DNA from: a virus
Taxonomy: Duplodnaviria > Caudoviricetes
DNA: 44,271 nucleotides
IMG/VR virus record: IMGVR_UViG_3300038393_001218
Coordinates: 1 to 44,271 of that record
Direction: 5' to 3' (one strand)
The translations under genes were made by a program, and so were the position numbers. Of the stretch, positions 27,003 through 34,289 are shown piece by piece. Each line of letters opens with the position of its first letter. Position 1 is the first letter of the stretch. The notes under the pieces are model-generated. The model had not been told where the DNA came from and did no database searches. It saw only the letters and a list, made by a program, of their open reading frames with translations.

Positions 27003-27320
27003 GGAGAACGCGCCATCTGGTACGCCATTTCCAGTTAGCCAGAGCCAGCCCTTGCGGACCATGAAGGTGAGAGAGTGCTGCGAATGGGTGGTGACGGGCT
27101 TGCAGGCATCTGTGACCACATCAGGGCTTTGCTTTGCGAGAACCGCGAACGAAAAACACTGCATCGTGTCAGCGCCGAGATCGTAGCCGCTATTCACGCC
27201 ACACGTGAAAGCCGCGATAGCGATACCCACCGACAGGCCGAGACAACGAAGATTGGCTCGGTGCGAAGCACGACCAGCGCGGGCCTGAAAGGCATCGCCA
27301 GAACTATGTCGGTTAGGCAT
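26937..27320 (-). CDS. Hypothetical protein whose ends are encoded by inverted hairpin elements A and C
   Basis: Coupled overlaps on both sides; unique core at 27003-27213. Confidence 0.5.
   Translation of the reverse strand: MPNRHSSGDAFQARAGRASHRANLRCLGLSVGIAIAAFTCGVNSGYDLGADTMQCFSFAVLAKQSPDVVTDACKPVTTHSQHSLTFMVRKGWLWLTGNGVPDGAFSASGMPLREDPKGLRPKAGSNE
27214..27298 (+). repeat. GAA-hairpin element copy A
   Basis: GCGAT AGCGAT..GCCGAGAC..GGCTCGG TGCGAAGCA..AGCGCGG GCCTGAAAGGC ATCGC. Confidence 0.8.
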
Positions 27321-27645
27321 TGTCGGACCCTTTCTGGGTGGTGGCCTGGGAAGCCACGCACCCTAAATGCTCGCGTAGGAAGTGGACCGCCGTTTGCTCT
27401 GGAATCCATCCTTCGTAATCGCCGCGATGCCCGAACGGCCAAAATCCTTCATCTCGGAAGAACTCGACCAGCGGGCCAATCTCATTCAGCTTCTCGCGCA
27501 GCTTGGCATTGGCGGCCGACAAGTCGCGCACTTGACGCTCGGCCTTTTCCGCTCGGTTCGTTTGCTCGCTAAGCGCCGCAACAACATCGCGGACGTATTT
27601 CACGCGCTCCGGATCGAATAAGCGCCCAGAATCAGTCATCATCAT
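27313..27645 (-). CDS. Hypothetical coiled-coil protein
   Basis: First gene left of attP; AGGGG upstream; start at one of three tandem ATGs. Confidence 0.55.
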   Translation of the reverse strand: MMMTDSGRLFDPERVKYVRDVVAALSEQTNRAEKAERQVRDLSAANAKLREKLNEIGPLVEFFRDEGFWPFGHRGDYEGWIPEQTAVHFLREHLGCVASQATTQKGSDNA

Positions 27646-27794
27646 TCCCCTGATGTGATGGGAGTAGTGCACAGGGGCCGAAAGTTCGCTGTGAACCTTC
27701 TACCGCGAACCAAGCGCGAACATGGCGCATCAGAATGCAGAGCGGCCCTAGGGAAAGCGCCCACAAAACAACGCGTACCGCTAGGAGCAACGCG

Positions 27795-27839
27795 TTCGGG
27801 AGGCAGGGGCCGGAGGTTCGAATCCTCTCTCCCCGACCA
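27795..27839 (+). other. attP core: 3' half of tRNA-Pro(CGG), from anticodon loop to CCA
   Basis: TTCGGGAGGCAGGGGCCGGAGGTTCGAATCCTCTCTCCCCGACCA contains a T-arm and CCA but has no 5' half; lies just downstream of the int region. Confidence 0.85.
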
Positions 27840-27903
27840 AGCATTTCCGCCATTTCCACGTGAAACAGCGCAGGGGCCGAAGGTTCGTTTGAACCTCTGG
27901 CGG

Positions 27904-28221
27904 TCATTTTGAAGGCTCGGAAGGTTCTTCGGAGCGGACAAGATCGACCGCAGCTTGGTGGCCGGCGACCGCCTCATCCCAAGTGGAATAGCGCCACATG
28001 TCTTGATCGTACGCGCCGCCGGAAATCAGCGTCTCAAAGATGAGTGGAGGGCCTTCGCCGTATTGGTGGTCGAGGCCGAGAAACACGGTGGAAATCCACA
28101 CGTCGCCGATCTGGTCGCGAGCTACACGGCGCTTTTCCATGTCGTTGAACGCAGTTGCCCACTCCATAAGCTCTGCGGGCCTAACTGTGTGGTCGTCGTT
28201 CAGCACATAATGTTCGCTCAT
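27904..28221 (-). CDS. Conserved phage hypothetical protein
   Basis: ISTVFLGLDH..PPLIFETLI..RYSTWDEAVAGH. Confidence 0.7.
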   Translation of the reverse strand: MSEHYVLNDDHTVRPAELMEWATAFNDMEKRRVARDQIGDVWISTVFLGLDHQYGEGPPLIFETLISGGAYDQDMWRYSTWDEAVAGHQAAVDLVRSEEPSEPSK

Positions 28222-29201
28222 TTTCCCCTCCGTACCGCTTCGGACACGCGCCGCAGATGTCCCGGCGAGAAGCGAGCATAGTGCTTTTCCGTAGTGGCGC
28301 TGTCGTCATGGCCCATGAACTGCGCTAACTCGGCCATGCTCACCCCAGCCTCAGCAGCCCATACCGCGCCAGTGTGGCGGAGCGTATAAGGCGTGACGTG
28401 GATTCCCGACCGAGCAGAGGCAGCCTGGAACGCCTTCTTGATCGACTTGACCTGCTGCGCCCCCCTCTCCACCACAAATTGGCTCTGGCGGCCCGTATAA
28501 GCCGTTCTCAGCGCCGCCAAGGCTTCGTCGTTGAGCGGGACCACAGGACGCCTCTTGCGCGTCTGGCGGCGTCCTACGGGGTTCAGATCGACAGTTCCCC
28601 TTTCGAAGTCCACCCGGTTCCATGTCAGCTCAAGAATTGCAGTCGGTCGGGCCATCGTCGCCAAGCCCAATTCGACATAGAGCCGGGCATGGGGAGCCTT
28701 TACCTCCCTGAACCATCGCTCGAACTCGGAACGTGTTAAATGTCGCACCTTGCGCTCTGGCGGTTCCGGCCTCCAGATGTTCGGCGCCTTGCGGATTAGG
28801 TCTCGCTCAAGAGCCCATCTGAGGGCAACCGACAGCATCCCCAGTTCATAGCGGATCGTCGCATCCGCCATTTCCCGCCTTTTAGCGTAGGACTGCGCCA
28901 TCTCCCGATCGATTAGATGCGGCTCGACGTTCTCCCAGAACGGGCGCATGGCTTTCCACGCGTCTTTCTGGCGAGCGGTCGAGGCTATGCCTTCAGCCTC
29001 GCGGTCGGCGATGTAGGCGCTCACGATCTTGCCCACGGTCCATGATGAACGGTCGTGTCCGGCCTTCCACCCGCGCCTAGCCTCCGCTTCAGCCCCAGGA
29101 CGGTCGGTTGCCTGAAGCCGCTCTCGGTGTCGTCGTCCTCCAGCGTCTCGATAGACGATGGCGTAACCGCTTCTGAACCGCTGGACCGTATATTCTGGCA
29201 C
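28218..29201 (-). CDS. int: Tyrosine integrase
   Basis: TMARPTAILEL (R), K, TPYTLRHT, MGH, catalytic Y in KHYARF. Confidence 0.95.
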   Translation of the reverse strand: MPEYTVQRFRSGYAIVYRDAGGRRHRERLQATDRPGAEAEARRGWKAGHDRSSWTVGKIVSAYIADREAEGIASTARQKDAWKAMRPFWENVEPHLIDREMAQSYAKRREMADATIRYELGMLSVALRWALERDLIRKAPNIWRPEPPERKVRHLTRSEFERWFREVKAPHARLYVELGLATMARPTAILELTWNRVDFERGTVDLNPVGRRQTRKRRPVVPLNDEALAALRTAYTGRQSQFVVERGAQQVKSIKKAFQAASARSGIHVTPYTLRHTGAVWAAEAGVSMAELAQFMGHDDSATTEKHYARFSPGHLRRVSEAVRRGK

Positions 29202-29353
29202 TCGAATCTCGCGACCTCTTCAGCCGGTATCCGTATGAGTGTGCCAAGCCGGAAGCAACCGAGCTCGCCGTCACGGATCAGCTTGCGGATTACCCCTTCG
29301 GAGCATTCCCAAGCATCTGCCAATGAGGCAACCGTGAAGGCGCGAGCACTCAC
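29021..29353 (-). CDS. xis: Excisionase-like HTH protein
   Basis: FTVASLADAWECSEGVIRKLIRDGELGCFRLGTLIRIP; overlaps the start of int. Confidence 0.75.
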   Translation of the reverse strand: MSARAFTVASLADAWECSEGVIRKLIRDGELGCFRLGTLIRIPAEEVARFECQNIRSSGSEAVTPSSIETLEDDDTESGFRQPTVLGLKRRLGAGGRPDTTVHHGPWARS

Positions 29354-29517
29354 CGCCACAAGTTCCTCTTCACCCGATCCGGAAGATAGACTGGCGCTCT
29401 CCTGTCACCGGATATGTGGACAGCTGACCAATCGCGCTTCTCGATGTCGGCACGGTTCAGCGCAGCAATGTCGAGCGGCTGTTCATTGACAATGCGGAGG
29501 GATGGTTTGGCGGTCAT
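29350..29517 (-). CDS. Hypothetical 55-aa protein (not in ORF track)
   Basis: ATGA and GTGA coupling on the two sides. Confidence 0.5.
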   Translation of the reverse strand: MTAKPSLRIVNEQPLDIAALNRADIEKRDWSAVHISGDRRAPVYLPDRVKRNLWR

Positions 29518-29723
29518 GCTGCGATCCTAGGCGGTGCCGGCCACAGTTGCTCTCCGGAAACAGTCTCTATCCGTATCGTTCCGGGGTTGAGGCGTGCGTG
29601 TTCCGCCAGATCATCGTCTGCTGGCAGGTCGATAATGTAAAAGCCCTCTGCTCGCCTGAACACGCGAGGAACCCAATGATGGCGCGGCGGGAGCGGCTTC
29701 CCGTTGGCGTAGCTGTCGCTCAT
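29514..29723 (-). CDS. Hypothetical protein
   Basis: Strong AAGGAGG RBS. Confidence 0.6.
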   Translation of the reverse strand: MSDSYANGKPLPPRHHWVPRVFRRAEGFYIIDLPADDDLAEHARLNPGTIRIETVSGEQLWPAPPRIAA

Positions 29724-29754
29724 CTCACCCCCTCCTTATCGTTTCTGTGGTGTG

Positions 29755-30096
29755 TCACCGGAGGTTCATCTTCGCGCGCTCGGTGGCGTTCGCGGTTCTC
29801 CAGGCATCGAACCGCATCCGCTTGGCTTCCGCCTGGGCCTTCAGCGCCTCCGCATCGTAAGCGGCCAGTTCCCAATCGACACAGGCGGCTTCGTAAACAG
29901 GATCGGCCTCGGCCATCTGTTCACTGGTCCCGACCGCGTTCCCGTCGCCCTTGTATTTGACGAACAGGGTGGCGCGGACGCGCTTGCGGCGCAGATCGGC
30001 GGCTTCCGCGGCGACCTTGGCTTTGCCAGCGCGGACGAACAGTTCCTCGGCTTCGTTGATCGCCTGGTCGATCCCGTGATGCACCATCGCGTTCAT
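29755..30096 (-). CDS. Helical protein of the recombination module
   Basis: AEADPVY...DAWRTANATERA; GGAGG RBS. Confidence 0.65.
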   Translation of the reverse strand: MNAMVHHGIDQAINEAEELFVRAGKAKVAAEAADLRRKRVRATLFVKYKGDGNAVGTSEQMAEADPVYEAACVDWELAAYDAEALKAQAEAKRMRFDAWRTANATERAKMNLR

Positions 30097-30437
30097 GCGT
30101 CCACCCTCCGATATGTGTCGGCAAAGGCCATCGCCTCCGCGAGCAGGTCGATCCCGTACTTTTCAAAGAAGCCCTGATGGCTCAACCCCTCAACGCTGAT
30201 CGGATCGCTCGCCTTTGGATCGAACACCTTCTGATGGTGTGGTGGGCATAGCGGGACAACCAGCCAGTCATCTTTGGAGAAGCGGCCTGGCTTGTCAGCA
30301 TAGCCGGTCACATGGTGGACGGTCGGAGCCGCGCCGCAGACGAGGCAGACGTTCTCCTTGGCGATCCATTCGTGATAGTCTCGTGCCGACACTGGCTTAT
30401 ATCTCCGTTTGGCTTTGAGGGCTGTTCGACGCATCAA
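30093..30437 (-). CDS. Ref/DUF968-like HNH-fold nuclease
   Basis: CLVCG..TVHH..VVPLCPPHH..F.EKYG. Confidence 0.7.
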   Translation of the reverse strand: MMRRTALKAKRRYKPVSARDYHEWIAKENVCLVCGAAPTVHHVTGYADKPGRFSKDDWLVVPLCPPHHQKVFDPKASDPISVEGLSHQGFFEKYGIDLLAEAMAFADTYRRVDA

Positions 30438-30697
30438 AACGGAACGAAATCATCGTCCAGCCCGGACATGTGATCCGAGTTTGTTGAGATCACCGGGCGC
30501 TCAGCACCGCGCGCCTCCTTCGGTTTGAACGACAGCGAGATCCACTTCTCGCCGTTGGGGCGTATCTTTGTCCAACCAGACGCCCAATATTCGACGCCGC
30601 CGATCATCACTGTTCCAGTGAGATTGGGATGCGTTTCCTTCTCGCGCTTGTCGTTCTTGAAGAGCGATCCGCTAAGGTCGCGTTGCTCGTAAGCCAT
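30434..30697 (-). CDS. Single-stranded DNA-binding protein
   Basis: GSLFKNDK..HPNLTG..YWASGW; acidic DDDFVPF tail. Confidence 0.75.
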   Translation of the reverse strand: MAYEQRDLSGSLFKNDKREKETHPNLTGTVMIGGVEYWASGWTKIRPNGEKWISLSFKPKEARGAERPVISTNSDHMSGLDDDFVPF

Positions 30698-31437
30698 CAA
30701 CGTGTCTCCAATTCTGCGATTTGTTTCAGGCCGCGCCTCGTGTCGCGAACCTCGATCTCCAATGGCACAAAGTCGGGCGGCGTATTCGGCCCATCCGACC
30801 ACCAATCGGGCAAGTCGCGTTTAAGCTGATCCACGAAAGCCTTAACCTCTTCGTCCTTGGCCCACTCGTCGAACTCCTCTAGGCTGCCCATGCCGCGCAG
30901 TGTGCGGGCGAACTCCCTTGCAGCCTTCTCCAGCTTGGGCAGGGTGTCGTAGGGGCCGTCTAGCTTGGCGCTCTTCCTGGGCGGCGCCTCACCCGTTGTA
31001 GGGCGGTCGTTTGCAGCCCTCGAAGCAGCGTTGCCGTCATCGTCCTCAGTCGGCACACCAAAGGCCGTTACGAGGGCATAGCGGCGGGCATAGGTAAGCG
31101 CTGAGCCGAAGCCTTGCGCGTCACGCTTGTTCGCCGGCACATAGAGCTTGCCGAAGTCGATCTGGCCGCCGCTGATGTGGCGGACATAGGTTGAGACGAT
31201 AACGCCATCCTCGCTCGGCTCGCTGCACTGGATGAAGTAGAGGTTGTGCGCGGCGAGGATCGGGCGCAGTGCTTCGATCACACTACCCAGGTCCGCGTAC
31301 TTGGACTTGAAGTGCGGGTTGATCTTGTCCTTGGTGACGGCCTCAATCTCTGCGAATGCCGCTGCCATTGCCACGTCGATAGAGCCGCGTTCGTTTAGCT
31401 CATCTTCAACCGTGCGTAGTTTTGCCTGACTAGCCAT
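30697..31437 (-). CDS. erf: ERF-family single-strand annealing protein
   Basis: NPHFKSKYADL; QGFGSALTYARRYAL; EDDDGN. Confidence 0.95.
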   Translation of the reverse strand: MASQAKLRTVEDELNERGSIDVAMAAAFAEIEAVTKDKINPHFKSKYADLGSVIEALRPILAAHNLYFIQCSEPSEDGVIVSTYVRHISGGQIDFGKLYVPANKRDAQGFGSALTYARRYALVTAFGVPTEDDDGNAASRAANDRPTTGEAPPRKSAKLDGPYDTLPKLEKAAREFARTLRGMGSLEEFDEWAKDEEVKAFVDQLKRDLPDWWSDGPNTPPDFVPLEIEVRDTRRGLKQIAELETR

Positions 31438-31621
31438 TTCTAGGCTCCTGTTCTTGCGAAAGGGATGGCGCGCGAAGCGCCGAGACCGAAGGGCTCGGGT
31501 CCCTCTCAGGACCGCCAAGCCCGGTGCCGAAGGCATTCGCCCAGAGACGATCACAGACGTCCCCGATATCGTGACCACGAATGCTCTCATTTGCTTTGGT
31601 GATGGTGGAGCGGAGGGTCAT
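31430..31621 (-). CDS. Short ORF spanning element B
   Basis: GGAGG RBS and coupled overlaps; much of it is element sequence. Confidence 0.4.
   Translation of the reverse strand: MTLRSTITKANESIRGHDIGDVCDRLWANAFGTGLGGPERDPSPSVSALRAPSLSQEQEPRNG
31456..31540 (+). repeat. GAA-hairpin element copy B
   Basis: GCGAA AGGGAT GGCGCGCGAAGC GCCGAGAC CGAAG GGCTCGG..AGCCCGG TGCCGAAGGCA TTCGC. Confidence 0.8.
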
Positions 31622-31887
31622 GCCGCGCGCCTCCGCTTCAACAGCGGATCACCAGTGGGCTCTGCATCACCCTCACGAAGAGCAATGAGACGGAATGCCT
31701 CCGTTACGGCGGGGTTGCCGAACTCGCTGAACTCACAACCGCTAAGGATGCGCTCGATGTACCACTCGATCTTCGCATCCCATTCGTCTTGCTTTTGCTC
31801 AGCAGTTCGAACTCGCATCCCAAGGGACCGTGCGAACTCGGCGCCGCTGACCTTGCCGGCGTCTGCGGTGATGAGGCGGTCGGTCAT
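31618..31887 (-). CDS. Hypothetical protein
   Basis: GGAGG RBS; ATGA coupling. Confidence 0.55.
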   Translation of the reverse strand: MTDRLITADAGKVSGAEFARSLGMRVRTAEQKQDEWDAKIEWYIERILSGCEFSEFGNPAVTEAFRLIALREGDAEPTGDPLLKRRRAA

Positions 31888-32351
31888 GCGGCCTCCAGAT
31901 GCCTTGCGCGCTGAAGCTGCTTGGCGAGGCGGTCGTAGAGAACGACATTCACGGTCGCGGCGAGGTTCATGCAAAACCGCGTTGGCACCATCACCTTGCG
32001 CGGGCACCAATCTAGGATCGCTTTGCCTAGCGTTCCGTCCTCTGGCCCGAAGATGTAGAAGGCGCTTTCGGGGTGGAAAAAGTCGGGCAGTGAGGTCGCA
32101 TCATCGACCAGATCGACTGCGACAGGAGTAGCGCCATAAGGTACTAATTCTTTGAGATTCCCGCGCAAAACTGGTATATGCCGATGACCGGCGACGGTGT
32201 TTGCTGGCGACTTGATCCAGCGGTTATCAATCCGCTGGCCACTGAGCATCACGCTCGCCACATCGTAGCACATGGCTGCGCGGATCACGCCGCCGACATT
32301 CGCCTTATCCTTGGGCAGGTGAAGGCCGATTGCCGCGAACCCGCGCGTCAC
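31884..32351 (-). CDS. SpoU/TrmH-family (SPOUT) RNA 2'-O-methyltransferase
   Basis: PKDKANVGGVIRAA (motif 1), YIFGPEDG (motif 2), VPTRFCMNLAATVNVVLYD (motif 3). Confidence 0.9.
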   Translation of the reverse strand: MTRGFAAIGLHLPKDKANVGGVIRAAMCYDVASVMLSGQRIDNRWIKSPANTVAGHRHIPVLRGNLKELVPYGATPVAVDLVDDATSLPDFFHPESAFYIFGPEDGTLGKAILDWCPRKVMVPTRFCMNLAATVNVVLYDRLAKQLQRARHLEAA

Positions 32352-32575
32352 AGCTGCACCGCCAGCATCGCGCCGATAACCGCCGCAACCACACACATGA
32401 TCGCTACTTCCCACCACGCTATCGGCGGATGCACCCGTAGCTTGAGCTGGTTGACTCTGAGGTCGATTGGATCGTCGCGAAACGCTTTTCCCTGACGAGC
32501 ATAGGATTGCTCGATTGTGGTCGGGCGGTGCAGGGGGATCACTTCGCCCCAAGGTGTTTGTGCGGGGCGGGTCAT
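32348..32575 (-). CDS. Small protein with C-terminal TM segment
   Basis: WWEVAIMCVVAAVIGAMLAV; coupled overlaps. Confidence 0.55.
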   Translation of the reverse strand: MTRPAQTPWGEVIPLHRPTTIEQSYARQGKAFRDDPIDLRVNQLKLRVHPPIAWWEVAIMCVVAAVIGAMLAVQL

Positions 32576-32721
32576 GCTGACACGCGCAGAAGCCAGTCAC
32601 GGCTACCGTCCGCACGAAGCGCATAGCTCACGCTGTAACCGAAGCCGTGGCGCTGTTTCAGACGCTCGCCGGCAACCTCAGCTGATCGGCGGCTCCAGAA
32701 AAACTCTGAGTGGATAACCAC
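32572..32721 (-). CDS. First PL-operon gene, 49 aa (not in ORF track)
   Basis: GGGGA RBS plus GTG; MVIHSEFFWSRRSAEVAGERLKQRHG... Confidence 0.5.
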   Translation of the reverse strand: MVIHSEFFWSRRSAEVAGERLKQRHGFGYSVSYALRADGSRDWLLRVSA

Positions 32722-32757
32722 TGTTCATCCCCATCAGACGGAATGTCTGTATGAGGA

Positions 32758-32811
32758 GGTGGTATGCGATTATCGCAACATGGTCAAGCTATTATTTTGC
32801 GAAAATCGCAA
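32758..32811 (-). promoter_or_regulatory. PL promoter with operators TGCGATTATCGCA (32765-32777) and TGCGAAAATCGCA (32798-32810)
   Basis: Palindromic 13-mers 33 bp apart flanking a TTGACC -35 (32787-32782). Confidence 0.75.
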
Positions 32812-32813
32812 CG

Positions 32814-33377
32814 CTATAGATCACTGACCCTTTTCTTAGCGCGGCCAATGACGGTGAAAGTCTCGCGTCCGGGGTAGATGACTTGATGAGCTGGGTTGGT
32901 CGAACAGGGCTCTAGCCGAGCGGGTTCATCCATGTAGCGCTTGAAGGTTGTTTCGCCTTCTTCGTTACGAATGACGTAATAGCGTCCGGGGAGCAGATCG
33001 AGGTCGCGCGGATCGATGATGATCCCTTCGCCTTCCTTGGCGACGAGATCCATTGAATCGCCTTCTACGATAACAACGAAAGCATCTTTACTCAGCGCCT
33101 TGTCGGGACTGGGCATGTAGCCCCTCACTTCCTCAAAACCCTGACGCCAGGCTCCGGCACTTATTAGCCCAACGATTGGTAGCAACGCGGGTACGTTATC
33201 CGAGTTGCCGCCCATTCCGTAATAGGTTGATAACTTATTTGCTTCTTCGACCGTTAACCTTCGCTTGCCGCTCATGATCTTCGACATTTTGTCGGGAGCC
33301 ATTCCCAACATGCGCGCGAGGCCGGCTTGGCTGTCGCCGTTCTCCTTCATCAGCCGCTTCAGCGTTTCGATGTCCAT
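32814..33377 (-). CDS. cI: CI-like repressor (XRE HTH plus S24 peptidase)
   Basis: SQAGLARMLGM..MSKIMSGKR; VEGDSM (Ser), TFKRY (Lys); ISAG cleavage-site-like sequence. Confidence 0.92.
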   Translation of the reverse strand: MDIETLKRLMKENGDSQAGLARMLGMAPDKMSKIMSGKRRLTVEEANKLSTYYGMGGNSDNVPALLPIVGLISAGAWRQGFEEVRGYMPSPDKALSKDAFVVIVEGDSMDLVAKEGEGIIIDPRDLDLLPGRYYVIRNEEGETTFKRYMDEPARLEPCSTNPAHQVIYPGRETFTVIGRAKKRVSDL

Positions 33378-33379
33378 GT

Positions 33380-33465
33380 AGCCATTATCGCCAAACTGGC
33401 AATATATTCTTGCGCGATTAACGCACGGCAGCGGTTGACAAGTGGTTGCGATTATCGCATCACTG
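33380..33465. promoter_or_regulatory. OR region: three operator-like sites (33380, 33413, 33447), PR (TTGACA at 33435) and PRM (-10 GATAAT at 33389-33384)
   Basis: 33447-33459 is identical to the 32765 operator; the other two match 11/13 and 10/13 at 33-34 bp spacing. Confidence 0.75.
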
Positions 33466-33469
33466 CGGA

Positions 33470-33682
33470 ATGCAACAGACATACGCAGATCGGGTGATCG
33501 ACGCGCTAGGGGGTACGACCGTTGTTGCGACAGCGATCGATGCTCCAACATCGACCGTCCACAGTTGGCGTAAGATTGGCATTCCATCTTCTCGCCTAGC
33601 TCACCTGAAGCTCATCGCGGAGAAGTCGGGCATAACGCTCCCCGAACCGCCATCTGCCCTACCGCAAGACGCCGCAGCATGA
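33470..33682 (+). CDS. cro: Cro-like HTH protein
   Basis: VIDALGGTTVVA..STVHSWRKIGIP; divergent from cI. Confidence 0.85.
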   Translation: MQQTYADRVIDALGGTTVVATAIDAPTSTVHSWRKIGIPSSRLAHLKLIAEKSGITLPEPPSALPQDAAA

Positions 33683-33773
33683 TCGCATGGCCCGCTCCTG
33701 CCATGCAGTTGAGCCGAGGGCCTGAATTGCCCCTTGGACCCTCGGCTCGTTCGATTGCGCGAGTGCCCTGATC

Positions 33774-33998
33774 GTGAGCGGGGGATGGCAACATTGGGAA
33801 ACCGCGCCCGTCAACGAGGTCGTTGATTGGTGGATTGCGTCTGACCACGATGACGGATGGCGTAAGACCGGCTATCGCTGCAACAGCGCCGATCCTCTTT
33901 GCATCGTTGAAGAGAATGGAGGCCTTTACTGGCCGCACGAAAACGGCGGATGGCCCACCCACTGGATGCCTCTCCCCGAACCTCCGGAGGGCACCTGA
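33774..33998 (+). CDS. DUF551-like phage protein
   Basis: WQHWETAP...PTHWMPLPEPP. Confidence 0.75.
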   Translation: MSGGWQHWETAPVNEVVDWWIASDHDDGWRKTGYRCNSADPLCIVEENGGLYWPHENGGWPTHWMPLPEPPEGT

Positions 33999-34289
33999 AT
34001 GAGCGCTCTCTACACCGCTCTCGCTATTTTGGGCTGGCTCACCTTCTGCGCTCTCATCGCATGGTTTGTCGGTAGCTTCGTCGATTTTGCTGCGCAGCTT
34101 TTCGATGATGAGGACGGCAAGGTTGCCGATGCTTGGGGCGATGTCCCCGCTCTCCATGAGGAGATGAGGCCCGCCCGTGCTTTCAAGCGAGGGGGGATAG
34201 TCGCTGCCGAGCTCAGCGAGCGGGCCGATACGCACAACACACATTCTGTTCTTCTTTCCGGTCCTCTTAGCGGGACAGGAACCTTATAA
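33999..34289 (+). CDS. Hypothetical protein with N-terminal TM segment
   Basis: GGAGG RBS; hydrophobic N-terminus. Confidence 0.5.
   Translation: MSALYTALAILGWLTFCALIAWFVGSFVDFAAQLFDDEDGKVADAWGDVPALHEEMRPARAFKRGGIVAAELSERADTHNTHSVLLSGPLSGTGTL

Noticed and set aside
27724-27763. Possible fourth degenerate hairpin element (AGAGCGG CCCTAGGG AAAGCGCCCA)
   Set aside because: Only the 3' end is similar; it has no AGsGAT, AGAC/GGCT or GAA loops.
27760-27839. Complete tRNA-Pro gene
   Set aside because: Upstream sequence cannot form the acceptor, D or anticodon stems; only the 3' half is present, consistent with an attP core.
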